Assembly: GCA_964016885.1 (NCBI GenBank)
Contig: OZ024743.1
Location: forward strand, 64,790,001-64,854,000
Direction of reading: 5' to 3'
DNA length: 64,000 nucleotides
DNA from: Eledone cirrhosa
Lineage: Eukaryota
Made by a program: the position numbers and the translations under genes
In this document: in pieces, positions 46,034 to 60,036 of the stretch
Layout of the letters: each line of letters starts with the position of its first letter
Numbering within the stretch: position 1 is the first letter of the stretch
Notes under the pieces: model-generated
What the model saw: only the letters and a program-made list of their open reading frames with translations
Told to the model about the DNA's origin: nothing
Databases searched by the model: none

Positions 46034-47846
46034 TGGTGGTGGAACAATAAGGTAGATGAAGCAGTCAAGGCCAAGAGACAGGCATGGAAAGAATGGAAGA
46101 ACGGGGGGAGCAGGGTACATTACATAGAGACCAAGAGGGAAGCTAGGCGACAAGTATACTTAGCTAGGAGGGAAGCAGAGGATAGAAAATTCAAGCATGT
46201 TTTACAACGTGAGGACCAGAAACAGGAGGTATTCAAGATTGCGAGGCAGTGTGTCAGAGATAGTTGTGATGTCATTGGAGAGAAGTGTATCCGGAATGAT
46301 AAAGGTGAGCTTGCCCTCACAAGTGCTGAGAAGAAAGATGCATGGAAGAGTCATTATGATAGATTACTAAATGAGGAGAATGCATGGGAAGAAGAGACCC
46401 TACCCCAAGTAGACCCTATAGAGGGACCAGCAGTACAAGTCAGCGGCAGTGTAGTAAGTAAGGCAATCAAAGATATGAAGATGGGGAAGGCAACCGGTCC
46501 ATCGGGTATAGCTGCCGAGATGCTGAAGGCATCTAGGTCTGTAGGTCACACTATAACCACACGTATCGTTAACCAGGTAATACTAGAAGGGGCCATACCA
46601 AAAGATTGGTGCAGTAGCATCATTGTCAACTGCTACAAAGGTAAAGGTGATGCACTAGATAGAGGAAACTATAGAGGTATAAAGTTGATGGACCAGGTCA
46701 TGAAAGTAACAGAAAGAGTTATAGCACAGCTGATTAGGGACCGGGTGAAAATAGACGAGATGCAATTTGGGTTTGTACCAAGAAGAGGCACCACTGATGC
46801 CCTCTTCCTTGTGAGGCAATTACAGGAAAAGTACCTAGCTAAAAGTAAGCCACTCTATTTGGCATTTGTCGACCTTGAGAAAGCCTTTGACAGAGTTCCA
46901 CGTGCTGTAATCTGGTGGGCTCTTAGAAAACTAGGAGTAGATGAATGGCTTGTGAAAGCGGTACAAGCCATGTATAGGGGAGCAGTCAGCAAAGTTAGGA
47001 TTAGCAATGAGTATAGCGAGGAATTTAGCGTACAGGTTGGGGTCCACCAGGGCTCTGTTCTTAGCCCTCTCCTGTTCATCATAGTCCTGCAGGCAATAAC
47101 GGAGGAGTTTAAGACCGGATGCCCATGGGAACTCCTGTATGCTGATGACCTCGCACTAATAGCTGAATCTATGATAGAACTAGAGAATAAATTCCAAACC
47201 TGGAAGCAGGGACTAGAAAGAAAGGGTCTCAAAGTCAACATGACAAAGACTAAGGTCCTTGTAAGTAGACGAGAAAACAGAACCCAGATCCCCTCAGGGA
47301 AATGGCCTTGCTCAGTATGTAGGAAAGGTGTAGGTAGGAACTCCATTCTCTGCCCCAAATGCAAACAATGGGTACACAAGAGATGTAGCGGGATCTCAGG
47401 AAGCTTAATTAAGTGGGGAGACCCAAGATGACCTGGGATGAGGTGATAAAAGCCGACCTTACCCAATTACACCTCTCAAAGACAATGACACATGACCGTG
47501 ACTTCTGGCGTCACGCAGTAATACAGAGTACCCGACCTCCCATGGGTACAAGCTGAAGCATATAGACAATATGCCCCCACACCCCCCACCGCAAGGTGGT
47601 CGTGGAGGTGCCACGGCAAAAAAGCACCCAGCCCACACTGTAAAGTGGACGTGTAGGCGCCACGAAAAAGCACCCAGCACTCACTGTAAATGAGGTTGGT
47701 GTTAGGAAGGGCATCCAGCTGTAGAAATCAAGCCAAATCAGTTCCTGTATGAGAAAGGCATGGTCAGCCGACCAGACACTGCCCACAACAGGACAACCCG
47801 TCTAACCCATGCTAGCGTGGAAGAACGGACGTAAGACGGTGATGAT
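46034..47846 (+). mobile_element. 5'-truncated RTE LINE (second subfamily) with an internal deletion
   Basis: Open frame from WWWNN through RT (YADD) to a partial PHD finger, then a jump at about 47410 to GRPKMTWDE; long 3' UTR and gatgat tail. Confidence 0.9.
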
Positions 47847-48509
47847 AAATCAAATAGATTTCTCTTCAATCCTTGCATGTTTTTCATAATATAATGATTT
47901 ATGTATAAATGTACCATAATCATCAACAGCTATTTCCATACTGTTTAACATCTATTTTCCATACTTGCATGGGTTAGACAGGTTGTTATATATTGAGACT
48001 AGGTTGACCAAGTGACCATATTATGCTCCATTTTTAGCTTAATTTCTTATATGTCCTTCCTAATGCCAACCACTTTACAACATGTATAGGGTAGATTTTA
48101 TTGTGACTCTGGCAATGCAGACTAATGAACCATGGACAATTATACAGTATTACAATTGCTGCAAGCTGAGTAATTGTTCCTATACTGTGGTACCTATTTA
48201 CAGCTAGGTAGATTGGGTTATTTGATAGATAAATGTCCCACCTGGTTGTTTGCTGTGTTATTTTCTCAATCATCATTTTAAAAACAAAAACAAAATTATA
48301 GGAGGTTTTTTTTTTTTCAATCTGTGAAATATATTTTTATTTTAAATAAAATTTATACAAAACATAAATTTAATAATCATGGCAAAACCTGCCAGAAATA
48401 AAATATGTATAATAATCAAAAAACATACTGATGGATAAACAATACAAAATTGATTATTATATATACACACACACATATATATATATATATATACACACAC
48501 ACATATATA

Positions 48510-48540
<31 letters not shown>

Positions 48541-49834
48541 CCATGTTATTGATGTTACATCTTCAAAATTACATCTCTATGTAATTGTGAAGATAGCAAA
48601 ATGACTAATTCCAACTAAGTGTAATTATTGGAACTTATATATATATATAGTAGTGTAGTTAATAGAAAGCATTGTGAGATATATAGGAAAAAGACCAATA
48701 ATTTTTTTTTTAAGCTGGTACAATGTAGAAAAATACAAAGGGCAAATGATGACAATTGAAACAAAACAAAACAAAAAAAAATAATGTTTTACCTAAGCCT
48801 ATTTCATATGATATTTCAGGACTATTACACTCTTTTCAGATGGATTTTACCTTTTTGGCTCTACATGATTGTTGATTGTAATAACACAATGAGCTTTGGA
48901 TAATCTTGTCATTTCATAATGAAGTAGATATTAAACCTATATCTATATCGATATATAGATAGAGAGCAATCCTAAAAAATGATTTTAAAATCGTTAATGA
49001 ATTCAAAAATAAAATTTCAAAGTATTGATGTGTATAAATATTTTGAAGAGGTAGATTCCCATTGATTTGAAGACTAGTAAGACCACAAATCAAGGTGGAT
49101 AGGTTGTCATATACTGAAACTTGACTGGTCAAGTGACCATATCCTGCTCATATGCTTCATTTCTACAGCTGCATGCCCTTCCTAATGCCCACTACTTTAC
49201 ATGTACTGTGTACATTTTATTGTGACTCTGGCCACTATCACTTTACAAAATGGGCTAGGTGTTTTTTTCCATGGCACCAGTACTACCACCAAACAGAATG
49301 GACTGGATGTTTTTTGTTGTGGCACCAACACTACCACTTTACAGTGTGGACTGAGTGATTTTTGTCATCGCACCAGCACTACCACCTCAAGGTGGACTGG
49401 GTGCATTTTGTTGTGGCACCAGCATTTTGAAATTGTGAATGTTTTGAATTGTACCATCAGTAAAACAACATCATCATCATTTTTACGTCCATTTTTCCAT
49501 GCTTGCATGGGTTGGACAAGTCCTTTTCAGCACGGCATCTTACCATTCACCGCGTTTCTTTGTCATCGTCTCTGTGAGTCTCAATGATTTAAGGTCAGCT
49601 CTCACCACCTTTCCCCAGGTCTTTCTCATTCTACATCTACTGCATTTCTTCATCCATCAATCATCACTCATGCACATCACATGTCTGTACCAGCATAGTC
49701 TTCTCTCCTGCACTTTGTTCATCCAAGCTCTGATTTTCTCTCACATTTGCTGTTGCACATCCAACGAAGTATGTGTAACAAAAATAAATACATGTAAAAC
49801 TGATATCTCTCTTTTTCTCACTCCTGTTTATATA

Positions 49835-50141
49835 TGCAGTTATTTCCCCAGTATTTACAGGGATTACATTCCTAGAGCACCCGCGAAGAGTGAGAAACCG
49901 TGAATATTGGACATGGTCCATAAAAATGCCTATAAACGTCAAAACATAACATAAAATATTGGCCAGCAAATACAGTAAATTGTTATTAATAATCTAACGT
50001 TACAAAGTGTGAAAAAATATATATTGCATTGAAAAAAGCCATAAAAGAATCGCGGAAGATATTTACAATTTCACAACAATCATTAGTTAGGTTCTAAGGA
50101 ATATTCTGCGAATAACCAGGACTGCGAATGCCGGGAGTACA

Positions 50142-50143
<2 letters not shown>
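49835..50143. mobile_element. Degenerate Tigger/pogo-like MITE
   Basis: Right end GCGAATGCCGGGAGTACACTG-TA with repeated GCGAA subterminal motifs; left end degenerate. Confidence 0.45.
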
Positions 50144-50210
<67 letters not shown>

Positions 50211-50394
50211 CCAGAGTGCTGAAAAGTTCCTGGCTTTGAGTAAAAGAAAATACAGGAGGATCAGTTAATTATGATTTTATTCAACATATTCCCCTCAGAT
50301 TCACTCACTTATTGCAGTGATCCTACCTCCCCTGTAAAGGTAACAGCTCTATCATTTCACGATACCCTTAAACCAGGAACTTTTCAGCACTCTA

Positions 50395-50395
<1 letters not shown>
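50211..50395. mobile_element. Mariner-like MITE, same family as 6148-6364
   Basis: TA-CCAGAGTGCTGAAAAGTTCCTGG...CCAGGAACTTTTCAGCACTCTAG-TA. Confidence 0.75.
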
Positions 50396-50452
<57 letters not shown>

Positions 50453-50690
50453 CCATCTAACCTATTCTAGCGTGGAAAAATGAACATTAAATGATGATGA
50501 TGATGATTATGATAACCCATGCTAGCATGAAAAATTAGACGTTAAATGGTGATGGTAATGATGATGATAAGAGCAGCATTTCATGACTATAAGAAAAACT
50601 TCCATTCTTCAAATGTTTTGCTCCCTTAAAAGTCACAATGTAAATTCATGGTTTAGCATTGAGCTTATCTGGTTCAGAAATCTCATATTT

Positions 50691-50833
50691 TTAGACAGGG
50701 AAATACTGTTTTCTGTCCTCAAATGAAATATTTAGCCATAACGTGTTACATAAGTCCTTACTCATCCAGTCGTAGTGGAACCATATGTTCGTGGCAACAA
50801 TTAGGTATTCTGACAAAGCAAAGAGAGTGAAAG
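50691..50833 (-). CDS. Terminal coding exon of a PGAP2-like (Frag1/DRAM/Sfk1 family) membrane protein gene; upstream exons not identified in the window
   Basis: Strong acceptor ttttatatttttcag, then (A)FTLFALSEYLIVATNIWFHYDWMSKDLCNTLWLNISFEDRKQYFPV*. This resembles the PGAP2 C-terminal YTIFAILEYTVVLTNMAFH. Not in the ORF track (too short). Confidence 0.72.
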
Positions 50834-51469
50834 CTGAAAAATATAAAAGAAAAATATTAAAAAATATAAACAGTAAAATTTGATTAATTAATTACTTTTA
50901 GAAATTCTATGCAAAAACAAATGTATGTGTGTATGAGGAAGTATATTTGTGTGTGTATATATTATGTTTTGATTAAGACAGTAAAATGCCTGATTAGATA
51001 CATTAAGTAAAGAAATTCCCACATATCTCACTCTATGATGAGATCAGAATAAGACCAAAACATGTCCAGATTTATCTCCTGTGCTTGCAAGAAAAAGGAA
51101 AATAATATTGGTCACTGACAAATATAATTTTTTTCTTTACCACATATATTTCTAGTTAGCTTTTTAATAGTATGTTTGGTCCCATAACTCCTAAAGGAGT
51201 CATAGGGATACCGTATTGAGATACAGCGTTTCTAGGGCATTTTAAAACCTGCCAGAGCCCATCCCCTCTCCAGGAGCACCCATATTAAATATTTTAACAT
51301 TAATTCATCCAAAATACGAGATGAGGTAAATTTCTATTATTACAACTATCTGAGACTGGATTGGCAGAATCATTAAAGTATCAGACATAATTCTTTGCAG
51401 CATCCAGTTACCTCTCTTTACATTCTGACTTCAAATCTTGCTGAGGTCAACTTTACCTTTCACCCATCT

Positions 51470-51762
51470 ACTTACTTTATTTGTAATTGTGGCAGTGTTC
51501 ACCCGGGGTGGATTGAGCCAGCTCCATCGAAGGAATTCATTGTGTAAGTTCATTTCAATGATGTGTCTTCAGGTGATAGGTTTCACAAGTGATGCTCAGT
51601 TGCAAGTATATGCATTCACACCGATCCCAATTTGGTGGAGACAATGCTGGATGCATGGGAGGGAGTTTAGTTGGCAGAGATGATAAACACAACTTATTTG
51701 AGCCATTTTGTGGGCCAGAAGGAGCTCACCCCACTGCCCAAATGAGACATATCGACCCTTGG
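51470..51762 (-). mobile_element. 5'-truncated retroposon insertion nested in a SINE
   Basis: 9-bp TSD CACCCATCT (51461-51469 and 51763-51771); the minus strand ends AATAAAGTAAGT; the SINE resumes in register after it. Confidence 0.65.
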
Positions 51763-54700
51763 CACCCATCTGGGGTTGATATAATAAAGTACCAGTCAAG
51801 TACCAGGGTTGATATAATCGATTTTTCCCTTCCCTCAAACTGTTGGCCTTGTGCCTAAATTAAAAACCAGTATTACATTCATCTCAAACATGTAATAGTA
51901 ATTTTTTGTAATTTAAAGGGTAGTTATTTGATAGGTTTGGTTAGAATTCAGAGGTAAAATCTATGTTTTTCCTATGGTCTTTTGATGTTTTGAATTAATA
52001 TGGCCTTCAAAACTTTCATAAATAACTCCTTTTCTGTGGTTCCTCCACCATTAAAAGTCTGTCTCAAGCCAGGAGGTTCACCAGGCTGGTGCTTATCCCA
52101 GTTTCTGTGGTGTTAAGTGACTGAGAGTACAAGACTCCTCCTTGAACAGGACACCACTCCATTGCTGGGTTAAATCTCCAGTTATTGCTCATAATCATTT
52201 TCAGCTGAGTATACTGGAGCTCAAGAACACAACACACAACCCAGCCCAGGAATCAAACTCACAACATCATGATCGTAAGTCCAATACCCTTACCACTAAG
52301 CCATGCACCTCCACCAGAGAACTCCATCTTGGAAACAGGTACCATCATCATTATTATATTTTATGGTGATTTATCCAAGCCAACAAGGGTTTGAATTGAC
52401 TTTTTGAGCCAATCCTTTTAGTCACTTCTTACAACATACTGGGATATAGTGTACCTATTCTAAACCAAATGCCAAGGCCGGATTTAATGGAGGACAATGA
52501 GGACAATTGCCCTGGGCCCCCTACAGTGGGTGGGCACCAGCGATGGCCGTAGCAATTTATTTGTGCCCTCTGCTGGGCCTTTTAGTTTTATCCTTTTCAC
52601 AACAGGAACTATATTTTTAACAAAAAGTATTTCATGGCCTTACTGTGGCAAAATTTATAAAATTTTCTCAATTTTAGAGACATCAGGTTGTTATCAAAAC
52701 AATATTCTAATAAAAAGTATTTGATGTCACTGTGTAAAGTGGTTGTGCTGGTATCACAAAAACAATGCACCCTGTAAACACTCTAAAGTGGTTATATTAG
52801 GAAGGGCATCCAGCCATAGAAACCATGCCAAATATGTAAGATGAGGTTGCTCCGATATGTTTGTTCTCAGACTGTGACTACATGTCTAACACATGCCTGT
52901 GTGGAAAGTGGACGTAAAATGAAGAAGGTTAGATTTTTTTATATTTAATACCTGTATGTATAACTTTTTAATTCCAATTACTTGTCCCAGCCAAATTTGA
53001 TATGTAAAATTGGGGGTTTGGTGTGTATTCAAATTTTTTGTGTATGAACTGTTAAATTTAAGAACATTATGTTTCACTGTCTGATTCACTTGAATATCTC
53101 AGTGTTTCTGTCTGACTGACTTGTGATAAAAAAATTTAAAAAAAGCAAACAGACTCAGTCATTGTGAGAGAAACCACCACATACATGTACACCCAAACAT
53201 CACATGAACAAGCTCACAAAATAAATGATAAACTAGTATAAAAAAAACCCTAAAAGTTACTGTTAATTCTGCAACATTTAGCAAGCTGTATGTAACTGCT
53301 TCTATGAAGTGGCAAATTGACAGAGTCAGTAGAAAGTTGAATAAAATGCTTTACAGTATTTGTTCCAGCTCTCTGCACTCTGAATTCAAATACAGCTCAA
53401 TTGTACAGTAGTTAGTTTCCTACTCACAAGACCTGCTTTTTATATTCATGAAGAAAACTATTCATGTATCAATAGTTCTTTTGACTATTAGTTTGTGATG
53501 TTATTTATTACTAAAACATATTGTATCAATGCTTTTGTTGTACTTTAGATAGAGAGTTAACAGAGTTGTTAGAATGTTGGAGAGAATGCTTTGCAACATT
53601 CATTCCCCCTCTCTGCTCCCTGAGTTCAAATCTCACTGAGGTCAACTTTGCCTTTCATCCTTTCGGGATCGATAAATAAAGTACCAGTCTAGTACTGGGG
53701 TCGATTCTTCCTCTATATCTCTTTCACTGGAATAAATCAGCTGTGTTCAGACCTGTAGAGGGTATGGGCTCCACTAGGTCTAAAATGCCTAAGATAAACC
53801 GTATGTTACTACAGTGCCCTACTACTCCGCCAGTAGTTACGAGTCCATACATATAACTGCTTCTATGAGAGAACATAATAATCATTGTTATGTCCTTTTT
53901 TTCCATGCTTACATGGGTCCATCTCAGTATGGCATCTCTCCACTCATCACGTTCCTTTGTTATCTCCTCTGCCAGTCTTGGTGATTTGATGTCAGCTCTT
54001 ACAACCTCTGTCCAGGTCTTTCCCAGTCTACCTCTACTGCAGCTTCCTTGGCATTTCTTCACCATTATCCATGTGCATCACATGTCTATACCAATGCAGA
54101 AAATAAATGACCAAATTGATTGGGTCTTGGACAACCAGCCAGCCAAAGATTTAAATAGTTTGTTGGTGTTCGTTGTTGTGGCTGTAAGCAGTGGGAGTAC
54201 TGTAATACTGACAAGTGTTTCAATGGCCTGAAACACTAAATTCAATCTCTTCCATGAGAAAAAATGTTGATAGACCATTAAGATATTCATGGAGCACCAG
54301 CTCCTAAGATCCTTTGGGGTTTGTGAAAGGGATTAACTTAACAATTGCCTCAAAAACTTTCCTGTGTGTGGACAGATTTTACAGGCAAAACCAACTGGAA
54401 ACCCAGGGGTAGACCCCAAGCAAGACGTTTGGATAACATCTATGAGCTTGGCTGGTCTCATTTATTGATCCATCCGGATCAGTTGGAGATGGTTCCTTCC
54501 GGCAGGACCCGCTGGAAGGAGTGTTTGAGGACTTTTCCCCCGAATGTGGGAGAAGAAAAAGATAAATGAAAATGAACAAAAACAATAACAAACAATCAGA
54601 TTTTCTAGAGTAAATTAATTTTTTTAAATCAGTAACCAACTCAAATATAAAAGTTTATGAAAAAAACTTGAAGTAATTTTTATTTACTTAAATGTATTTT

Positions 54701-57010
54701 CAATAGAATTTGTTATAACATAAGAATAAAAACAAAAACGTGTTGAAAAAGGTCTTGGGAATACATATTGAGGTAACTAAGATATTCTTACCAAACGCTA
54801 AAATAATTAGGTAGAATTTATAACAAAGATAAAACATTTTTATAATCATAATTATGTTGTTTTTTTCTTGTATGTGTATGTGAGAGAGAGAGAGAATTAT
54901 CAAAGTAAGGAAATAATTATTTTTAAAACATTAGACAAGGTAAGTAAAAAATGTTTAACTATGAAGACAAAATACCTATTTCAACTTATAAGTGTACATA
55001 TATATGTGTGTATAATCATCATACATATTATATGTTATAATACCTTAACTTAGTATATGTGTGTGTATGTGTGTGTGTGTGCGTGTATGTTATTTGCATA
55101 CACTTTATATACATATATATTGTTTTCGTTTATTTCGTGTTACAAAAACATAAAAGTGCTCACTACACTCTTGTGTGAAAAATGTGAAGAATCTAATACA
55201 TTTATATGTTCAGGGAAAACCAGGATTACATTACTGGACCTAAAAGTTTCTTTTGTAAGCAGCCATTTCATTGGTTGCATTCACTAGCCAATGGGGAAGA
55301 AGTATTTATCTCAATCTGCTGATGTACTGTCTGCCTAAAATGTATGTATGGACCCGTAACCCCCGATGGAGTTTTTTTTTTAAATGGAAGAAATAGAAGT
55401 TGAAATAAAGATAAAAAATAAAAAAGAGAAGAATGACTGTTGAGGAAGAAGAAATATAAGTGTCTTCGGGACTTTAAACCTAACAGAGCCCATCTTTCCA
55501 GGTTGGAACAGTCAACTTCTTCCATAGAAGGAGAGAGAGTGTTAAAGAGGAAGTGAGAAAGAGATATGAATAAAGAATCGACCACACAGTATCAAATTGG
55601 TACTTTTTTCAGTGACCTTAAAAGTATGAAAGGCAAAGTTGTCCCTAGCAGGATTTGAGCTTAGAGTGCCGGAAAGAATACAAAGCATTCTATCTGACAC
55701 TGGGATAATTGCTGGCCTTGTGCCAAAAGTAGAAACAATTATAATGACATAATACCAACTGAATGAAACATTGGTTCAGATAATGCTTACATATAATAAA
55801 CACACACATATACATATGCACACACACACACATCCACACACATACAACCCCACACATAGACATGTGCATTCAAACACACATCCTCTAAGAATTGGACCCT
55901 TGGATATGACATGAAGCCAAGAATATTGGTAGGATTAACTGATGAATATATAAAGACATATATACACATACACACACACATATAGAGAGAGAGATCCTGA
56001 GTTAAATTGGGGGTAACCACAGTTAAAAAGGTACTCAATACATTAGTAGAATGTAAACATCATATTCAATATTATTAGATTCCAAGTTAAGAATACATTT
56101 TTTTAAAACCAATTTTCTTTAATAAAAGAGTAATAGTGTGTTGTGTGAAAATGCACCAGCATGGCCACAGTTCACTGACTGAAAGTTGTAACTTGTAAAA
56201 GAATAACTATACTCATTAAGCCAGTTCCATATGTTGTGTAAGAAGAAAATATTGATTTAAAGGTTTGATATTGATAAGCTATAAAATGCTTCTTTTTGTT
56301 ACTCCATCTATTAATACATATAACACTACTATTACTAATACTAATGTTACTATAAGTGATATACTAAAATAATCCACATCACTAGTAAACAAATTATATA
56401 TATCTAGACAGCAATATTTTCTTCTATATTAACAAAAAATACACACACGCACTTTACATATATACTCTTGGGTCTCAAATAATCATGTGTGTATCCCCCT
56501 CCCCACTTATTAATTTTTCCTATTTTCCCCCTCCCACTCATCAGATGAGATTTTGGTTTTGTTTGGTGTCAGGTCTATAACATTAACATGGATCCTGAGC
56601 CACTCATCTGTGAAACAATCATAACTGTACATAGTCAATAAAAACCTTAATGTGAAACCTTGATTTGATTTTAATGTTTATATACTAGACCACCCATGGT
56701 TCACTTGAAAATATTTTTTTAAAATCATTTTTAAATAATTAAAATATAAACAGACATGTATATAATATAAAGTGAAATTTTCAATCTACTCTCTCACAAC
56801 CACTATCTCTGTCTATCTTTTATCTCTTTTATGAAGGTAAGCGGAAAAACCCTGTATCTCAGAAACCAGTGCTCCAATTTACACAAAACTTGTTTTATTC
56901 CATTTGTGTTCCCATTTCAGGGAGCAACTTTCTTTCAAAGTATTTTCCCATTATGCACCGTTTGGGCTGTATTAAATTACAGACAAAGACACAATCACAG
57001 AGTTTTAGTA

Positions 57011-57055
<45 letters not shown>

Positions 57056-57244
57056 TGTAATAAACAACATCAGGCAATTATTTCATTTACCAGTGGTTTC
57101 TTAAAAGCAAAAAAATTTTGCTTTCAATCATCAGAATGAAAAAATCCTGGTGTATTTATTGACGTTGGATTTTAAAAACAAAAATGCAATCTATATGAAA
57201 GTGAGGCTGGAAAAGGAAGAAGGAAAGGAAAAATAAAATAAAAA

Positions 57245-57422
57245 CACACATGCAAACACACACACACACAATTATATACATACACATATATATATATATA
57301 TATATATACATACACACATATACACACACATATATACACACACACATGTGTATATATATACATACACATACATACACACATAAATATCAACATATCCATA
57401 CATATACATACATACATACAAC

Positions 57423-57474
<52 letters not shown>

Positions 57475-57625
57475 CATACACATATACATACATACATACA
57501 CACAATCATACGTATATACACACGTACATACATACACATACATACACACACATATACACGCATACATACGCATGCACAAAAATAGAAATATATACACACA
57601 CCTCTACATACTCACACACACAAAT
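57245..57625. repeat. Compound (CA)/(TA)/(TACA) microsatellite
   Basis: Seen directly; source of several spurious ORFs. Confidence 0.9.
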
Positions 57626-58679
57626 AAATATATACAATACACTAATCAGGTGAGGTATTAGAAGTTGTCAAAGGCTTAATATTAAAACAATTAACAAATA
57701 CTTCACTCATTTATTCAGCCAAGCATATTGATGAAGCACCATACACATACACACACAAAATATGAGTATCCATATGTATGTATCTATATACGAACTACAT
57801 TAACAATCTACATAGAAGACGGGATTGCACGACAAAGCTTGAGCAAGAATAGTTATATATATATATGCTTAACATTTTTTATGATAAATATAATACATGG
57901 ACAAACCCGTGCAACTGCCACATTACAAGATAGTAACTCCTTTCATGACCACATTTCTAATGAAATACACTCTATTTTACTTAATTAATAAAGAATTTTG
58001 AGAAATTTACTAGAATTATTAATTATTTCCTTACTGAGATAGTAAATTAATGTAAGGTTCTTATATAAAATTGTTAGATTTTAATTTAAATTGGAAACCT
58101 TTAAAATGGGTGGTTTTATTTCATAGAACCAGAGCTGGTTTGGGCCAGGTTGGTATCTAAAGAGTTAAGCTAACATATATTTGATATTCATAACCCACTC
58201 AATGGTTCTAAAAATACAATTGTTTATTCATCTAAATGACCAATAGATAAGGCTTAAGCAACAGAAAAAATGTCAATTCATTTTGGTGTAATTGATAGCA
58301 TGGTCATCTGGTATACAGCAGGTGTGAGTGTGAGTCCCACAAGCATTGCTGTCCACTATTTTCTATATTCAATAACAAATATTGAAGCTGTTAACTTTAA
58401 GCTAACGTTAAAAATTTTCTTTCAATTTGGTAATTTAAAAATCCTCTCTTTAACAACAATTTCATCCACACACCTAGTAAAGTGATATCTATTTAGTCAC
58501 ATAACATGCTTAATATTGTAACTGAATCTTGGCATAAACTACTTTTAAATATTTTAAATATTTTTTAAAATATGAGGTCGATTTTACTTTTCATCCTTCC
58601 CCACAATTCTATTCTTTGTTGTGTTGCTGAGTGTTGGTGGAAAAGTACATCATAATCATAGTCTCACTGTATTTTATTT

Positions 58680-59115
58680 AACTGTCTGTGTATAACTGAC
58701 ATGCCATACATGTAGTTTAGTCATAGTCTAACTGTGTTTAACAGACATACATGTAGTTTACTAATAGTCTGTGTTTAACAGACATACATGTAGTTTAGTC
58801 CTAGTCTAACTGTATTTAACAGACATACATGTAGTTTAGTCCTAGTCTAACTGTGTTTAACAGACATACATGTAGTATAGTCCTAGTCTAACTGTGTTCA
58901 ACAGACATACATGTAGTATAGTCCGAGTCTAACTGTGTTTAACAGACATACATGTAGTTTAGTCCTAGTCTAACTGTGTTTAACAGACATACATGTAGTT
59001 TAGTCCTAGTCTAACTGTGTTTAACAGACATAAATGTACTTTAGTCCTAGTCTAACTGTGTTTAACAGATGTATCAAACATGTATTTAGTAACAGTCTAA
59101 CTGTGTTTAAAAGAC
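58680..59115. repeat. 41-bp minisatellite, about 10 units
   Basis: Unit AACTGTGTTTAACAGACATACATGTAGTTTAGTCCTAGTCT. Confidence 0.93.
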
Positions 59116-59802
59116 ATCATATATTTACCTCAATACATTCTTATCTTAGCTATGTTTTATATGCTTTGGAATAGGGGACAAAGCAGAATAAAACATAGAG
59201 ATTCAATTCTTCAAAATTTGTTTCACAGATATGCCACACAAAATACAAATGTGTAGAAAATTTTAATTTCTTTTTTTTTAAATATAAACAATGTAATAAA
59301 ATAGTAGCATATAAACAATGTTTCGAATTATTAATTTCATGTGGTTAAGTAGTTTTATCAAACGAACTGTGAATAGTAAAAAGGAAAAAAATACTATGTA
59401 CATCTTGAAGGAGTAAACAAATTGGTAGACTAATTAGTCTTAAATAATTATAAAATGGAACACAATTTTGTCAAATTTTTATATAAATGAAATATTCGAT
59501 TTATCAATGTTAAAAATCATTAATAACTTTATTTGTAAACATTTCTCAACATATATACATATAGGTAGTTTAAATACATTGATAGAAAAAAGAAAAGTCA
59601 ACATGAAACACTACACCATTAACTTCATAAAGAAGTTGCCACATATGATATGATTCAGAAACAATAGAAAAAAGAATTATTGTTTTTCTGAAAATTAATA
59701 ATACTGACTACAACACACATGCCCCTTAACAACAACAGATTATAAAATAATATGGAAGCAATTGTAACAAAGAGATTCATATATGACTGACTTTGTCATT
59801 TA

Positions 59803-60036
59803 CCAGGGTGCTGAAAAGTTCCTGGCTTAAGAGTATTGGAAAAGAGTAGAGCTGATACCTTTACAGAGGAGTCAGACCGCTGTGATAACTGTGTGAATCT
59901 GAGAGGGGAATATGTTGAAAAAATCATAATTAACTGAGTCTCTTGTATTTTCTTTTAACTGATCCTCCTATAATTTTTAAAAACTTATACTCCTGTATTT
60001 TCTTTTACCCAAAGCCAGGAACCTTTCAGTACCATT
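59803..60036. mobile_element. Mariner-like MITE, same family, opposite orientation
   Basis: Same TIRs; internal sequence reverse-complemented. Confidence 0.7.

Noticed and set aside
57156-57599. Cys/Val/Tyr- and His/Thr-rich ORFs (also at 13830-14231, 3421-3658, 15684-15913)
   Set aside because: Microsatellite translations.
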